Of a stretch of DNA of 34,627 nt, positions 26,106 through 34,627 are shown piece by piece (the stretch's first letter is position 1; each line of letters opens with the position of its first letter). Source of the DNA: an uncultured archaeon (GTDB taxonomy: Archaea > Thermoplasmatota > Penumbrarchaeia > JASLWR01); the NCBI GenBank assembly GCA_964342815.1, contig CAYFHS010000022.1, forward strand, positions 33,948 through 68,574, given 5' to 3'. Below the pieces are notes generated by a model. It worked only from the letters and a program-made list of their open reading frames with translations, was not told where the DNA came from and made no database searches. A program made the translations under genes and the position numbers.

Positions 26106-27662
26106 GTGGCTGAAGTGGAGATGCTCAAGTCATATGATAGCGGTTTCCGTCAGCGGCTTTCCGGAGTTCTGAGTCGGATTTTGGAAATCTGTGATCCTCG
26201 TACGCTGACCCGTGATAAATTATCATTTCTCGCATCCAAGCATCGGATAAAATGGGACGATCATGGCCCGTTAACGTTGATCGCGGTTGGAAAGGCCTCA
26301 CTGTTCATGGCCCTCGGTGCCATTGATTTCCTGCGCAGGGAAGAAATAACCGGCGGCATCGTGGTCGCTCCCGATGCTACTTTATCAACTGGAACGGGTC
26401 GGAGTATTGCTTCCGAACTCGAAGCCTTTGGATTGGAAGTGATGGGGGCAGAGCACCCTTATCCTGGAGAAGGAAGTTTTCGAGCGGGAAAAGCAGTTCT
26501 CGAAGTGGTCCGAAATTGCAGGGGAAGATGTTTATTTCTACTGAGCGGCGGCGCTTCATCTCTCATGGAGCTGAATTTAGAAAGATTTCCCCGGAAAGAC
26601 GTTTTTTCGATAAATAAGGCTCTGGTGAACAGTGGCGCGAACATATCTGAGATCAATACGGTGAGAAAACACATTTCTACCGTGAAAGGCGGACGGTTGG
26701 CGCAGGAGTTTTCCGGTAAGGCAATGTTAAACCTGATCATAAGCGACGTTACGGGCTCGGCGCTCGATACCATTGGGTCGGGCCCGACATACCCGGATTC
26801 GTTTGACTCGACGTTCGGGAGATGCAGGGATATATTGAGCCGTTATGATATTCTAAAGGTACTATCGGATGAAGGCCGGGATTTCTTTTACAACGGAGAC
26901 CCGGAGTATGAGTCACCAAAGGAACTGCCAAATAACGATAGAATGAATCACCCACAGATGAATCTGTGGGTTTCATCCTCGGAAACGCAGGAATCTGCTC
27001 CCCCTTCTCCTCCGCCACCAAACGGTGGCGATCCCCAAAGGGGATTCCTGCGGATAGAGCATCACATATTGATGTCGAACGAGATTCTCGTGGAGAAACT
27101 AAGCAGTGAATACAATTACGAATTATTATTGCCCACGACAGAACCTGTGGAAGGATTGTCTGATGAGTGGTTTACAGCGGACTCCCTCGCCACCCGTCTT
27201 CTGGATCTTTGCAGAAGATCACTATCGGCGAAACCGAATTCGGTTGGTTCTGTAGAAAAAAGCAGCAAATTCGTTATAGGCGGCGAACCAACTGTGAGGG
27301 TGATGGGGAAAGGAACCGGCGGTAGGGCGCAGCACACGGCTCTGTTGTTTCTCGTGGGGCTTATGACTGATGAAACACTATGGAAAAGGAGAAATGATAT
27401 AACCCTCGTAACATTCGCCACGGACGGGATGGATGGCAACTCACCGGCGACAGGTGCTATTGTGGATCGAATACTGTTCGAAAAATTTTATTCTCCTTTG
27501 GATGAAAGCGATGCATCCGTAAGGACGAAAATGCTTGAAGCGGTCAAAAAATACTTTTATAAATTCGATTCGCACGCGTTTTTTGAAAAATATGACTCGT
27601 CCATTCTGACGGGACCCACGGGGACGAACGTTTTGGATGTTTATCTGCTGGAAATCGCTTGA
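26106..27662 (+). CDS. Glycerate 2-kinase (class II, MOFRL family) carrying an unusual in-frame insertion
   Basis: GKAS, LLSGGASSL, RKHISTVKGGRLA, ISDV...IGSGPT, GGEPTV, GGRAQH, TDGMDGNS, TGPTGTNVLD. Confidence 0.9.
   Translation: MAEVEMLKSYDSGFRQRLSGVLSRILEICDPRTLTRDKLSFLASKHRIKWDDHGPLTLIAVGKASLFMALGAIDFLRREEITGGIVVAPDATLSTGTGRSIASELEAFGLEVMGAEHPYPGEGSFRAGKAVLEVVRNCRGRCLFLLSGGASSLMELNLERFPRKDVFSINKALVNSGANISEINTVRKHISTVKGGRLAQEFSGKAMLNLIISDVTGSALDTIGSGPTYPDSFDSTFGRCRDILSRYDILKVLSDEGRDFFYNGDPEYESPKELPNNDRMNHPQMNLWVSSSETQESAPPSPPPPNGGDPQRGFLRIEHHILMSNEILVEKLSSEYNYELLLPTTEPVEGLSDEWFTADSLATRLLDLCRRSLSAKPNSVGSVEKSSKFVIGGEPTVRVMGKGTGGRAQHTALLFLVGLMTDETLWKRRNDITLVTFATDGMDGNSPATGAIVDRILFEKFYSPLDESDASVRTKMLEAVKKYFYKFDSHAFFEKYDSSILTGPTGTNVLDVYLLEIA
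26943..27052. repeat. Cluster of short inverted repeats (palindromic element) inside the glycerate kinase CDS
   Basis: ACCCACAGA-tgaa-TCTGTGGGT (26950-26971), CGCCACC-aaac-GGTGGCG (27013-27030), ATCCCC-aaa-GGGGAT (27031-27045), and CGCAGGAATC / GATTCCTGCG (26986-26995 / 27043-27052). Confidence 0.85.
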
Positions 27663-27667
27663 AAATA

Positions 27668-30600
27668 TTATTTGCCCTTGCACTCCAAAATCTTTGCATG
27701 CAGTCGGTCCGCCTGCAGGCAGAACGTCTCGAAATTCGCTTCTATTATCTGCGGAAAAGGTCCCCCGTCGCTCTCAATGGATAGGAATGGGAGCACTGAA
27801 ACCTCGTCGAGAACACGTTTCACCATCTTGTCGCCCTTGCTTATGTATTTTTTTCCTTCGGCGTTCATGGTCTCGGATAGAATTGCCTCGCAAACCCTGG
27901 AAGGCATGCAGCCAAAAGGACCGATGGATATAATACCGCAGGAATTGTTCACTATCTCGGTCATGGCCACCCCTGTTGTCAGTATCGCTTCGCCAAGGAA
28001 TTCCGGGGGTATTAGGTGTTTTGCATTATTGATGATATGGCCGATATCGCATTCCTCGTATTCGTAGAGACCGCTAGTAGCCAGGATTTTCTTTATACGT
28101 TTTTCATATTTTACCTGGATCTTGTGCTTAGCCTTATTCTTCAATATTTCAGTAAAGGTATGCGGGATTGTGTTCAATTTATTCTGAAAGATATAATCGA
28201 TATAATACATCCACTCGTGGGTGGGGCTCACCTTTGTTACGAATCCCCTTTGGGCCAGCCTTTCATTGATGTAACGCCTCGAGATCCCGTCGTGCCTTAC
28301 GAATATCTCCCCTATCAGGAAAACCACCTTCGCCTTGTCTAGGGTGGTGCTTAGAGGGATCTTTGAAAGAACCGCCGCCGACTCTTTCAATGCCCTTTTC
28401 AACAGCTTCCAGTCTCCTTTCATGGCTCCGATGGTCTTTGAAATCTCCCCTTTCCCCTGGATCTTTCTTTTAGTTTTCCGGAATGCATCGATTATCCTTT
28501 CGTACTCCCTGTCGAATATCTTGATGGCGGTTTCCTTGTTCCTTGCGTTGGCAAGAAGCATGTTCCTGATATCATCCATTACGTCGGAAATGATCACCAC
28601 GAACCATGCTTTCAGAAGAACGCTGTTTCCAAGACCTCCGTAACTGTCCTCGGAGGTGAGTGCCATTACCGCAACGTTTTCCAGTTTCAGTTTCTTGATG
28701 AGAAGTTTCAGGAACACGTGGTACTGGCCGAAGCGGCAAGGTCCGTTTGCCGTGGGCATGAAATAAACCAGTATCTCATCACTACCCGGATCTCTATATT
28801 TCAAATATTTTAGCATGGTCCCCGTGGTGATGATCATGGGAAGGCATTCCTTGCCCGTGGTGTGTGCCTTCCCCAGCTTCAGGGCTTCATCGTCACCCGG
28901 CTCGCATGACATGCCGTTCACGCCAACCGCTTTGAGAATCTCGGCTGCTCCCGTACTGGCAAGGTCCCCCATTGAAGGGACCAGGACCTTCACCCAGGGA
29001 TCGAACATGTTCATCTGCTCGCCGGATGACGCGGTAATTACCAGCTCCCCATCCACCATTTCGGCTTTTGCGGCCTGGAATTTCGACCTTTTTTTACGTA
29101 TTTTCTTGAACTCATGCAGCTCCTTGTAACCCCTGAATATGTCTATGGCCGCCTCGATCCGCGTTTCGAGACCGGCATCAGCGGTATGGCTGTCCAGTTC
29201 AAGGGTCAATGAAGGTTTGATACCCATGATATCTCTGAAATAGGTAATGATGAAGGAGTCCGGGCCGCAGCTGAAATTCGAAATAAAAGTTCCGAACAGC
29301 TGTGAATGTCTCTCCACAAACCTCGATCCCTTGAGTATCATCTGCCCCATGGCCCAGAACATGTGACCGTACATGTCCTCTTTCTCGTAAGGAAGAAAAT
29401 CAAAAGGTATTATATGGAGCCCCCTCGAAGTGAACTTCTGGGGAATTCCCATATTAGCCTCTTTAACGAATGCATTGTAGGGGCGTCCGAACAGAACGAT
29501 GCCGATCCGGTCAGGGTCCTCTTCGACCACCTCGAGCGTTTCCTTCCCCCGTCTCTTGAACTCCCGGAACATCTCCTCCAGGCGACCTTTGGCGAATTCG
29601 TAAGCTTCATTCACCTTCTTCTTTGAATACCCGAGCCGTTTGCCGATCTTTATCATCGTTTCCTTGCTCTGATCTATGCCTTCCATGAAATTAAGTGTAT
29701 CGGTTATCAACTCCACCTTTTTATTGGCGATAATCTGCTTGAAGGTCTGGCGAAGGTAGAATGCTTCGCACTGGGTGAGAGGGCAGGCCTGGCAGGCGAC
29801 ATAGCCGTTCTCTACCGGAACTCCCCTTATATGAGGTAGAAAGATATAATCAGGTTCTTTGTTCAAGAGGTCCATGAACATACCATGCGCTATCTCCCCG
29901 GGATAACAGAACGGTGCCCCTACCTGATCGATCCCCTCGCTGTTGACCTTATCGGAGCGGATAACCCTCATGCCCAGTCTTGAAAAGAAATTATAGAACA
30001 GCGGGTAATATGTACTCATTAAAAAGGTCCTGTTGATCCCGATGCTCTTTGCATTTTCCGGTAGTTTAGCTTTGTAATCCGAGAACGTTTCATATACGAG
30101 TTTCTCACGCATGGCAACTAGATCCAGTTTACCCATGTTAAATTTCAATGAGTGACGCAAATTATAGTATCGGTTACAGGCACCTCCGAAGGGATGGATC
30201 GCTCCTTCGATACGTATCCTGGCAATCTTGCATCCCCGGTCGCACTTTTCTCGGCCCCCTTTACATATGAAAGGTTTGAGATACTCCACTTCACGGGTGG
30301 CCAGCGTGGTCAGATCGAATTTTTTTTCGTTCATCAATCCCTGCTCTATACGTTCCTTGATAGCAAGAGCAACACCAAAGGCCCCTGCCATCTCGGGATT
30401 TGGGGGAACAATGATCTTCTTTCCCGTGAGAGCAGCCATTGCAATGGGCACCGCACGATTCAGACAAACCCCTCCCTGCATGAATACCTTTTTACCCATG
30501 GGCCTGCTGCCCTTGACCCGGTTGGCATAGTTCATGCAAATGGAATACACCAGACCCGCAACGATATCTTCTCTCTCTATACCCTCGTGGAATGCCCTTT

Positions 30601-32050
30601 TTATATCGCTGGATATAAAGGCCGCACACTGGTCGCTGAAATTAGGGGGTTTAAGACCCTTCATGGCAATATCAGCGATATCCTCCATCTTTATTCCAAG
30701 GGTCTCCCTGGCCGATTCTTCAAGAAATGAGCCCGTACCGGCACTGCACGCTTCGTTCATGGCATAATCGGAGGGAACTCCTCCAGTAATATAAGTGTAC
30801 TTTGCGTCCTGACCTCCTATCTCGAAAATGGTGTCGACGTCCTTGTCGAAATAGACTGCCGCCGTAGCATGGGCGATGATCTCGTTTATTACTCCTTCAG
30901 TAAGTGCGTGAAGCCCTGCTATCTGCCTGCCGGATCCGCATACTCCCAGACCTATCACTTCCACGGGAACTTCGAGCTGCTTTATAAGCGCTTCATAACA
31001 CTCCCGAGATGCCTTTACGGGATCTCCCAGAGTGCGTAGATAGATGGAAGCCAGCACAGCATCGTCCCCGGTCCTGACCACAACTGCCTTGGTGGTGGTT
31101 GAGCCGACGTCCAGTCCTATGATGCATCTGTCGTCCCGGCGGGCTTTGCCTAGTGACGCGCTCTTGAAGGATACCAGATCCTCGAAATCATGGAGACGGG
31201 AGTGGTAATCGAAAGACGACCTTTCCTTTATATACAGTTTTTTGATTCCTTTAAATGGTTTGCATTTATTTCCGGTGGCCCAGAGTGCAGCACCCAGAGC
31301 TTCGAAATAAGGAGCGGATTTGGGTATGTCCAATCCCTGGAACTCCTTTTTGAGATAGTCAACCATTCGTTGGTTCTGTGAAGTGCCGCCTATCAACATA
31401 ATGTCCTTTTTCGGAACCTTTTTCATCAGCTCCACTATCTTCTGACCCATCATCTCGCATAAACCCGATACCACTTCTCCCTTGGGTATACCCTTGTTCA
31501 TTGCATGGGTGCAGTCGCTCTTGCAGAACACTGTACACCTGCTAGATAATCGGTGTGGCGTCCCCATTTTGGTGCTATCCATGGCCTCTTCCATAGTCAG
31601 CCCCATTCGTCGGATCTGCTGAAGAAAAAATTCACCGGTACCCGACGCGCATTTGCTGCCGGTGTGAACCGTACTTATCTTTCCTCCCTTATCGAGAACG
31701 TAGACCATGAAGGTTTCTCCACCGGCGCTTACAATGGCATTATGGGCTTTGGTTCCTCTATTTGTATAGTCGTATGCATACTCTACCGCTTCAGGTTCAC
31801 TAATGGAGGATAGATTTAAGAATTTTCGAAAACGTCTACCTGTCACTGCAATTGAATCGAATTTATCCATATTCATCTTTTCAAGTTTTTGCCGTAAGAC
31901 TCTTTTTGGATTACCTTCGTGAGCCTGAACGTGAAAATTTGTAATTACAGGCCGTCGCCTGTTGTTCTTTTCATCAGTGGATATCTCGACTATGGACACT
32001 GTCGAAGCACCAAGACAAATTCCCAATGAGTTCATAATATTATTCTCCAA
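27668..32050 (-). CDS. Multidomain acyl-CoA dehydratase activase-related protein (2 x BadF/BcrAD-type ASKHA ATPase + DUF2229-like + dehydratase-like domains)
   Basis: KCASGTGEFF / RCTVFC; GLDVGSTTTK, EIGGQDAK, NEACSAGTGSFLE, CAAFISSD; FCYP, NFSCGPDS, KECLP, GPCRFGQY, GPFGCMP; 1460 aa. Confidence 0.9.
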   Translation of the reverse strand: MENNIMNSLGICLGASTVSIVEISTDEKNNRRRPVITNFHVQAHEGNPKRVLRQKLEKMNMDKFDSIAVTGRRFRKFLNLSSISEPEAVEYAYDYTNRGTKAHNAIVSAGGETFMVYVLDKGGKISTVHTGSKCASGTGEFFLQQIRRMGLTMEEAMDSTKMGTPHRLSSRCTVFCKSDCTHAMNKGIPKGEVVSGLCEMMGQKIVELMKKVPKKDIMLIGGTSQNQRMVDYLKKEFQGLDIPKSAPYFEALGAALWATGNKCKPFKGIKKLYIKERSSFDYHSRLHDFEDLVSFKSASLGKARRDDRCIIGLDVGSTTTKAVVVRTGDDAVLASIYLRTLGDPVKASRECYEALIKQLEVPVEVIGLGVCGSGRQIAGLHALTEGVINEIIAHATAAVYFDKDVDTIFEIGGQDAKYTYITGGVPSDYAMNEACSAGTGSFLEESARETLGIKMEDIADIAMKGLKPPNFSDQCAAFISSDIKRAFHEGIEREDIVAGLVYSICMNYANRVKGSRPMGKKVFMQGGVCLNRAVPIAMAALTGKKIIVPPNPEMAGAFGVALAIKERIEQGLMNEKKFDLTTLATREVEYLKPFICKGGREKCDRGCKIARIRIEGAIHPFGGACNRYYNLRHSLKFNMGKLDLVAMREKLVYETFSDYKAKLPENAKSIGINRTFLMSTYYPLFYNFFSRLGMRVIRSDKVNSEGIDQVGAPFCYPGEIAHGMFMDLLNKEPDYIFLPHIRGVPVENGYVACQACPLTQCEAFYLRQTFKQIIANKKVELITDTLNFMEGIDQSKETMIKIGKRLGYSKKKVNEAYEFAKGRLEEMFREFKRRGKETLEVVEEDPDRIGIVLFGRPYNAFVKEANMGIPQKFTSRGLHIIPFDFLPYEKEDMYGHMFWAMGQMILKGSRFVERHSQLFGTFISNFSCGPDSFIITYFRDIMGIKPSLTLELDSHTADAGLETRIEAAIDIFRGYKELHEFKKIRKKRSKFQAAKAEMVDGELVITASSGEQMNMFDPWVKVLVPSMGDLASTGAAEILKAVGVNGMSCEPGDDEALKLGKAHTTGKECLPMIITTGTMLKYLKYRDPGSDEILVYFMPTANGPCRFGQYHVFLKLLIKKLKLENVAVMALTSEDSYGGLGNSVLLKAWFVVIISDVMDDIRNMLLANARNKETAIKIFDREYERIIDAFRKTKRKIQGKGEISKTIGAMKGDWKLLKRALKESAAVLSKIPLSTTLDKAKVVFLIGEIFVRHDGISRRYINERLAQRGFVTKVSPTHEWMYYIDYIFQNKLNTIPHTFTEILKNKAKHKIQVKYEKRIKKILATSGLYEYEECDIGHIINNAKHLIPPEFLGEAILTTGVAMTEIVNNSCGIISIGPFGCMPSRVCEAILSETMNAEGKKYISKGDKMVKRVLDEVSVLPFLSIESDGGPFPQIIEANFETFCLQADRLHAKILECKGK

Positions 32051-32268
32051 AATTAATCAATCATTATTCTCGTGATCTTATGACTGTGTACATGTATGCC
32101 GCTATTAAAACCCGCTCACCCAAATAATCGTATGGTAATAATATTTTTTACCAGATTAATCGAATAATTCATTAATTATTTAGATCGATTTTATCATTTC
32201 AATTGTTTGAATATGCACATTTATTTAAGGATTCATATATGAAAACTAGGCAAATTCCCCTATATTAT

Positions 32269-33675
32269 TCACAAGTGCGAGAGAAATCCGGTTCCGGTTC
32301 TTTCCGTAGCCCTTCTCACCATCTCATTTGCCAATTTGTTCTGTTTATGGATTAATTTCTCCACATCGAGTCCATCAATTTTTCCATCGGTAACTCTGAC
32401 ATAACCGTTTATAATAGAGAGGTCGACATTCACGGGACCGCACAACACAACCGACGCAACAGGATCGTGCAGACCTCCAGCGAAGGGGAGTCTTAAAAGA
32501 GGGAATCCCACAATATCCGCAGCCATCCCCTCTTTTATCGATCCAATATCATCTCTGCCCAAAACTTTTGCTCCTCCCACTGTACCGCATTCAATTGCTT
32601 CGTACGGCGAAAATGCGTCTTCTCCCAGCGAAACCCGTTGCAGCATCATTGCCATTCTCAACTCGTTAACCATATTGGAGGAATCATTGGAAGCACTCCC
32701 ATCCACGGCAAGAGAAACATTAACACCTCGATCACACATCCTCCGGATTGGAGCGATTCCCGATCCGAGCCTCATATTTGAAGTGGGACAATGGGCAACC
32801 CCGGTTCCCGTTTCAGCCATTTCCCCTATCTCACGGTTATTTAGATGAACACAATGCGCGAACCAAACGTCCCGACCTACCCATGAAACCTCTTTCATGT
32901 AATCGAAGGGCCGCTTACCGTGAGTTTCCAGGCAGAACTTGTCCTCATCACGGGTCTCGGCGAGATGCGTATGCAGGTATACTCTATATTTGCGGGCCAG
33001 TTCAGCGGATGCTTCCATTAGTTCAGCTGTGACGGAGAAGGGGGAACATGGTGAAACAACCATTTGCAGCATCGAGTTTCGTGAATCATCATGATATTTT
33101 CTGATGGTATTTTCAGTCTCTCTGAGAATTACGCCCTCTTCCTGGACTACGTCGTCCGGCGGAAGTCCCCCATTTGACCTCCCTCGGGACATGGAACCCC
33201 TGCACGGATGAAAACGTATTCCCATTTCACCTGCGGCCTCGATCTCCGCTTCCAACAATCCACCTTTCCCTTCGGGAAAAACGTAATACTGGTCACTGGA
33301 CGTCGTACATCCGGTTAGCATCAGCTCTGCAATAGCCACCTCGGCCGATATCTTCACAGCTTCCGGGGTGATCTCGCGCCATATTTCATAAAGGTTGATC
33401 AACCAGTCGAACAATTTGGAATCCTGCATTCTGGGGACAGCCCTCTGCATGGTCTGATACATATGGTGGTGTGTGTTTATGAAACCAGGCATAACCACCA
33501 TTGAACTGCAGTCGATTACCCTCTCTGCTTCCAGGGGAATTTTTTTTGAAGATACTTCCTGTATCTCCGGTCCTTCCGTATACACGTTGGCATTCTTAAG
33601 AATCCTTTTATTGGGGAGATCCACTGCCAGCGTATGTATGTTTTTCAATAATATCGAAGATATCATCGGTTTCAT
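32269..33675 (-). CDS. 8-oxoguanine deaminase-like amidohydrolase (AtzB/SsnA-related)
   Basis: PGFINTHHHMYQT, LFDWLINLY..W, GCTTSSD, RGSMSRG..NGGLPPD, PCSPFSV, HTHLAET, HCPTSNMRLGSG, VDGSASND. Confidence 0.85.
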   Translation of the reverse strand: MKPMISSILLKNIHTLAVDLPNKRILKNANVYTEGPEIQEVSSKKIPLEAERVIDCSSMVVMPGFINTHHHMYQTMQRAVPRMQDSKLFDWLINLYEIWREITPEAVKISAEVAIAELMLTGCTTSSDQYYVFPEGKGGLLEAEIEAAGEMGIRFHPCRGSMSRGRSNGGLPPDDVVQEEGVILRETENTIRKYHDDSRNSMLQMVVSPCSPFSVTAELMEASAELARKYRVYLHTHLAETRDEDKFCLETHGKRPFDYMKEVSWVGRDVWFAHCVHLNNREIGEMAETGTGVAHCPTSNMRLGSGIAPIRRMCDRGVNVSLAVDGSASNDSSNMVNELRMAMMLQRVSLGEDAFSPYEAIECGTVGGAKVLGRDDIGSIKEGMAADIVGFPLLRLPFAGGLHDPVASVVLCGPVNVDLSIINGYVRVTDGKIDGLDVEKLIHKQNKLANEMVRRATERTGTGFLSHL

Positions 33676-33852
33676 TCTCCGGTTTGTAACGTTGATTTAT
33701 TGAACCAAGGCTATTAGGAAGCCGTTATAAAATGCTTTCGTCAGAAGGATTACAACCGGAATTATATTCATTTCGTATTTAAAAAACCACCTCAAAACTT
33801 AAATTACTAATATTCATTAAATAAAAAAAACTGTCATGAGAAATAGATCTAT

Positions 33853-34389
33853 CTATAACTTTTCTTTAATGTCCAAGTACAGCTTTTCAACTTGTTGAAT
33901 GTCCCTTGATCCCGAGAATGCGATCTTGCCACTTGGAAATATAAGACATGTGATACCTTCCATAGGGGGTCGGTATATAAGTGCTTCCAGACCGTCCGTA
34001 GCCAATTCAGCATTTCTTAAGCTACGATTGTTATAAATCTCTCTTACCGACACTTTTTTATCTAATTCCGCCGAAGCAATTATTGATTGAATTTCAATTT
34101 TAATATTATCCATAATAAATGCACTGCAATCTCTCAATTTGTCGATGAATTCTATTATTGCATCTTTCGTCATTTTTACTCCATTCAATCCTGTGCAGAT
34201 CATTTTACCGTTGTTAAAAAGTAATATCATGAATCTTGGATATTTCTTTTGATAAATTAGGGCCGGGAATTTATCAGGATCATATTCGGTTTCGCTTAAT
34301 AACCCTTGTATCTTGCCAAGGTCAAGGTAATGACTGATAATTGAAGAGGCCACAACATTTTCTATAGTTATTTTGGATTGTGTTTCCAT
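33853..34389 (-). CDS. tbp: TATA-box-binding protein, divergent paralog
   Basis: Two TBP repeats: IENVVAS...YDPDKFPALIY...LLFNNGKMICTG and IQSIIAS...ALIYR...LIFPSGKIAFSG. Start placed at ATG 34389 (alternative 34422). Confidence 0.85.
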   Translation of the reverse strand: METQSKITIENVVASSIISHYLDLGKIQGLLSETEYDPDKFPALIYQKKYPRFMILLFNNGKMICTGLNGVKMTKDAIIEFIDKLRDCSAFIMDNIKIEIQSIIASAELDKKVSVREIYNNRSLRNAELATDGLEALIYRPPMEGITCLIFPSGKIAFSGSRDIQQVEKLYLDIKEKL

Positions 34390-34627
34390 GGTAATGACTC
34401 TGAATAATTTTCGATTTATCATGCTGCTATAATATTGTATAATAGATTTTTCTCTTATGTATGATTATCTATAATTTTTCATCAATTGTTTTTGCATGGA
34501 AATGTTATTGAAATGCTTTTTTAATTCGCTTCTGAAGCTCAAATTATACCTATATCGATAATTTACTTTTAGAAGAAAACCTACAAACCAAAAGTATTAT
34601 AAGTAGGAAGCTCGTTTAGAAATGGTT

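Noticed and set aside
27232-27245. 14-bp perfect palindrome AACCGAATTCGGTT in the glycerate kinase gene
   Set aside because: Isolated, and one such palindrome in 35 kb can arise by chance. Worth revisiting only if the 26943-27052 element proves to be a repeat family.
1593-32050. Inteins, selenocysteine/pyrrolysine read-through or programmed frameshifts in MutS, Elp3 or the activases
   Set aside because: Lengths and motif spacing fit uninterrupted proteins. I saw no intein termini or LAGLIDADG motifs, and no split-gene pairs needing recoding.
1-34627. tRNA/rRNA genes, transposases, integrases, defence systems
   Set aside because: No T-loop/cloverleaf signature or relevant protein motif seen by eye. 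A tRNAscan-SE/Infernal run would be needed to exclude small RNAs formally.

Overview
An archaeal chromosomal window. Evidence for archaea: rpS17e, TBP, archaeal-type Elp3 and a PGF-CTERM surface protein. A bacterial-type MutS1 and ASKHA-type reductive activators suggest an anaerobic Euryarchaeota/Thermoplasmatota-like organism; this taxonomy is inference. Most genes are housekeeping, ion transport (CPA2-KTN antiporter, CaCA exchanger, TrkH with two TrkA-type genes) or metabolic (carbamoyltransferase, RACo-type activator, glyoxylate reductase, glycerate kinase, a 1460-aa CoA-dehydratase-activase-like protein, 8-oxoguanine-deaminase-like amidohydrolase). I found no tRNA, rRNA, CRISPR array, integrase or transposase. 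Highlights: (1) A minus-strand ORF missing from the supplied track (1203 to beyond position 1, at least 401 aa, about 40% Lys) with four KKKRGRPKK AT-hook motifs and a duplicated 44-aa module. It is a candidate HMGA/H1-like archaeal chromatin protein. (2) A roughly 110-bp cluster of perfect DNA hairpins sitting in-frame in the glycerate kinase gene, resembling a palindromic selfish element. (3) An ATCase-like enzyme lacking the aspartate-specificity residues. (4) A TBP paralog with a degenerate second repeat. (5) An NCKX-like exchanger with an extra soluble domain. All translations, counts and alignments were done by eye, with no database search.
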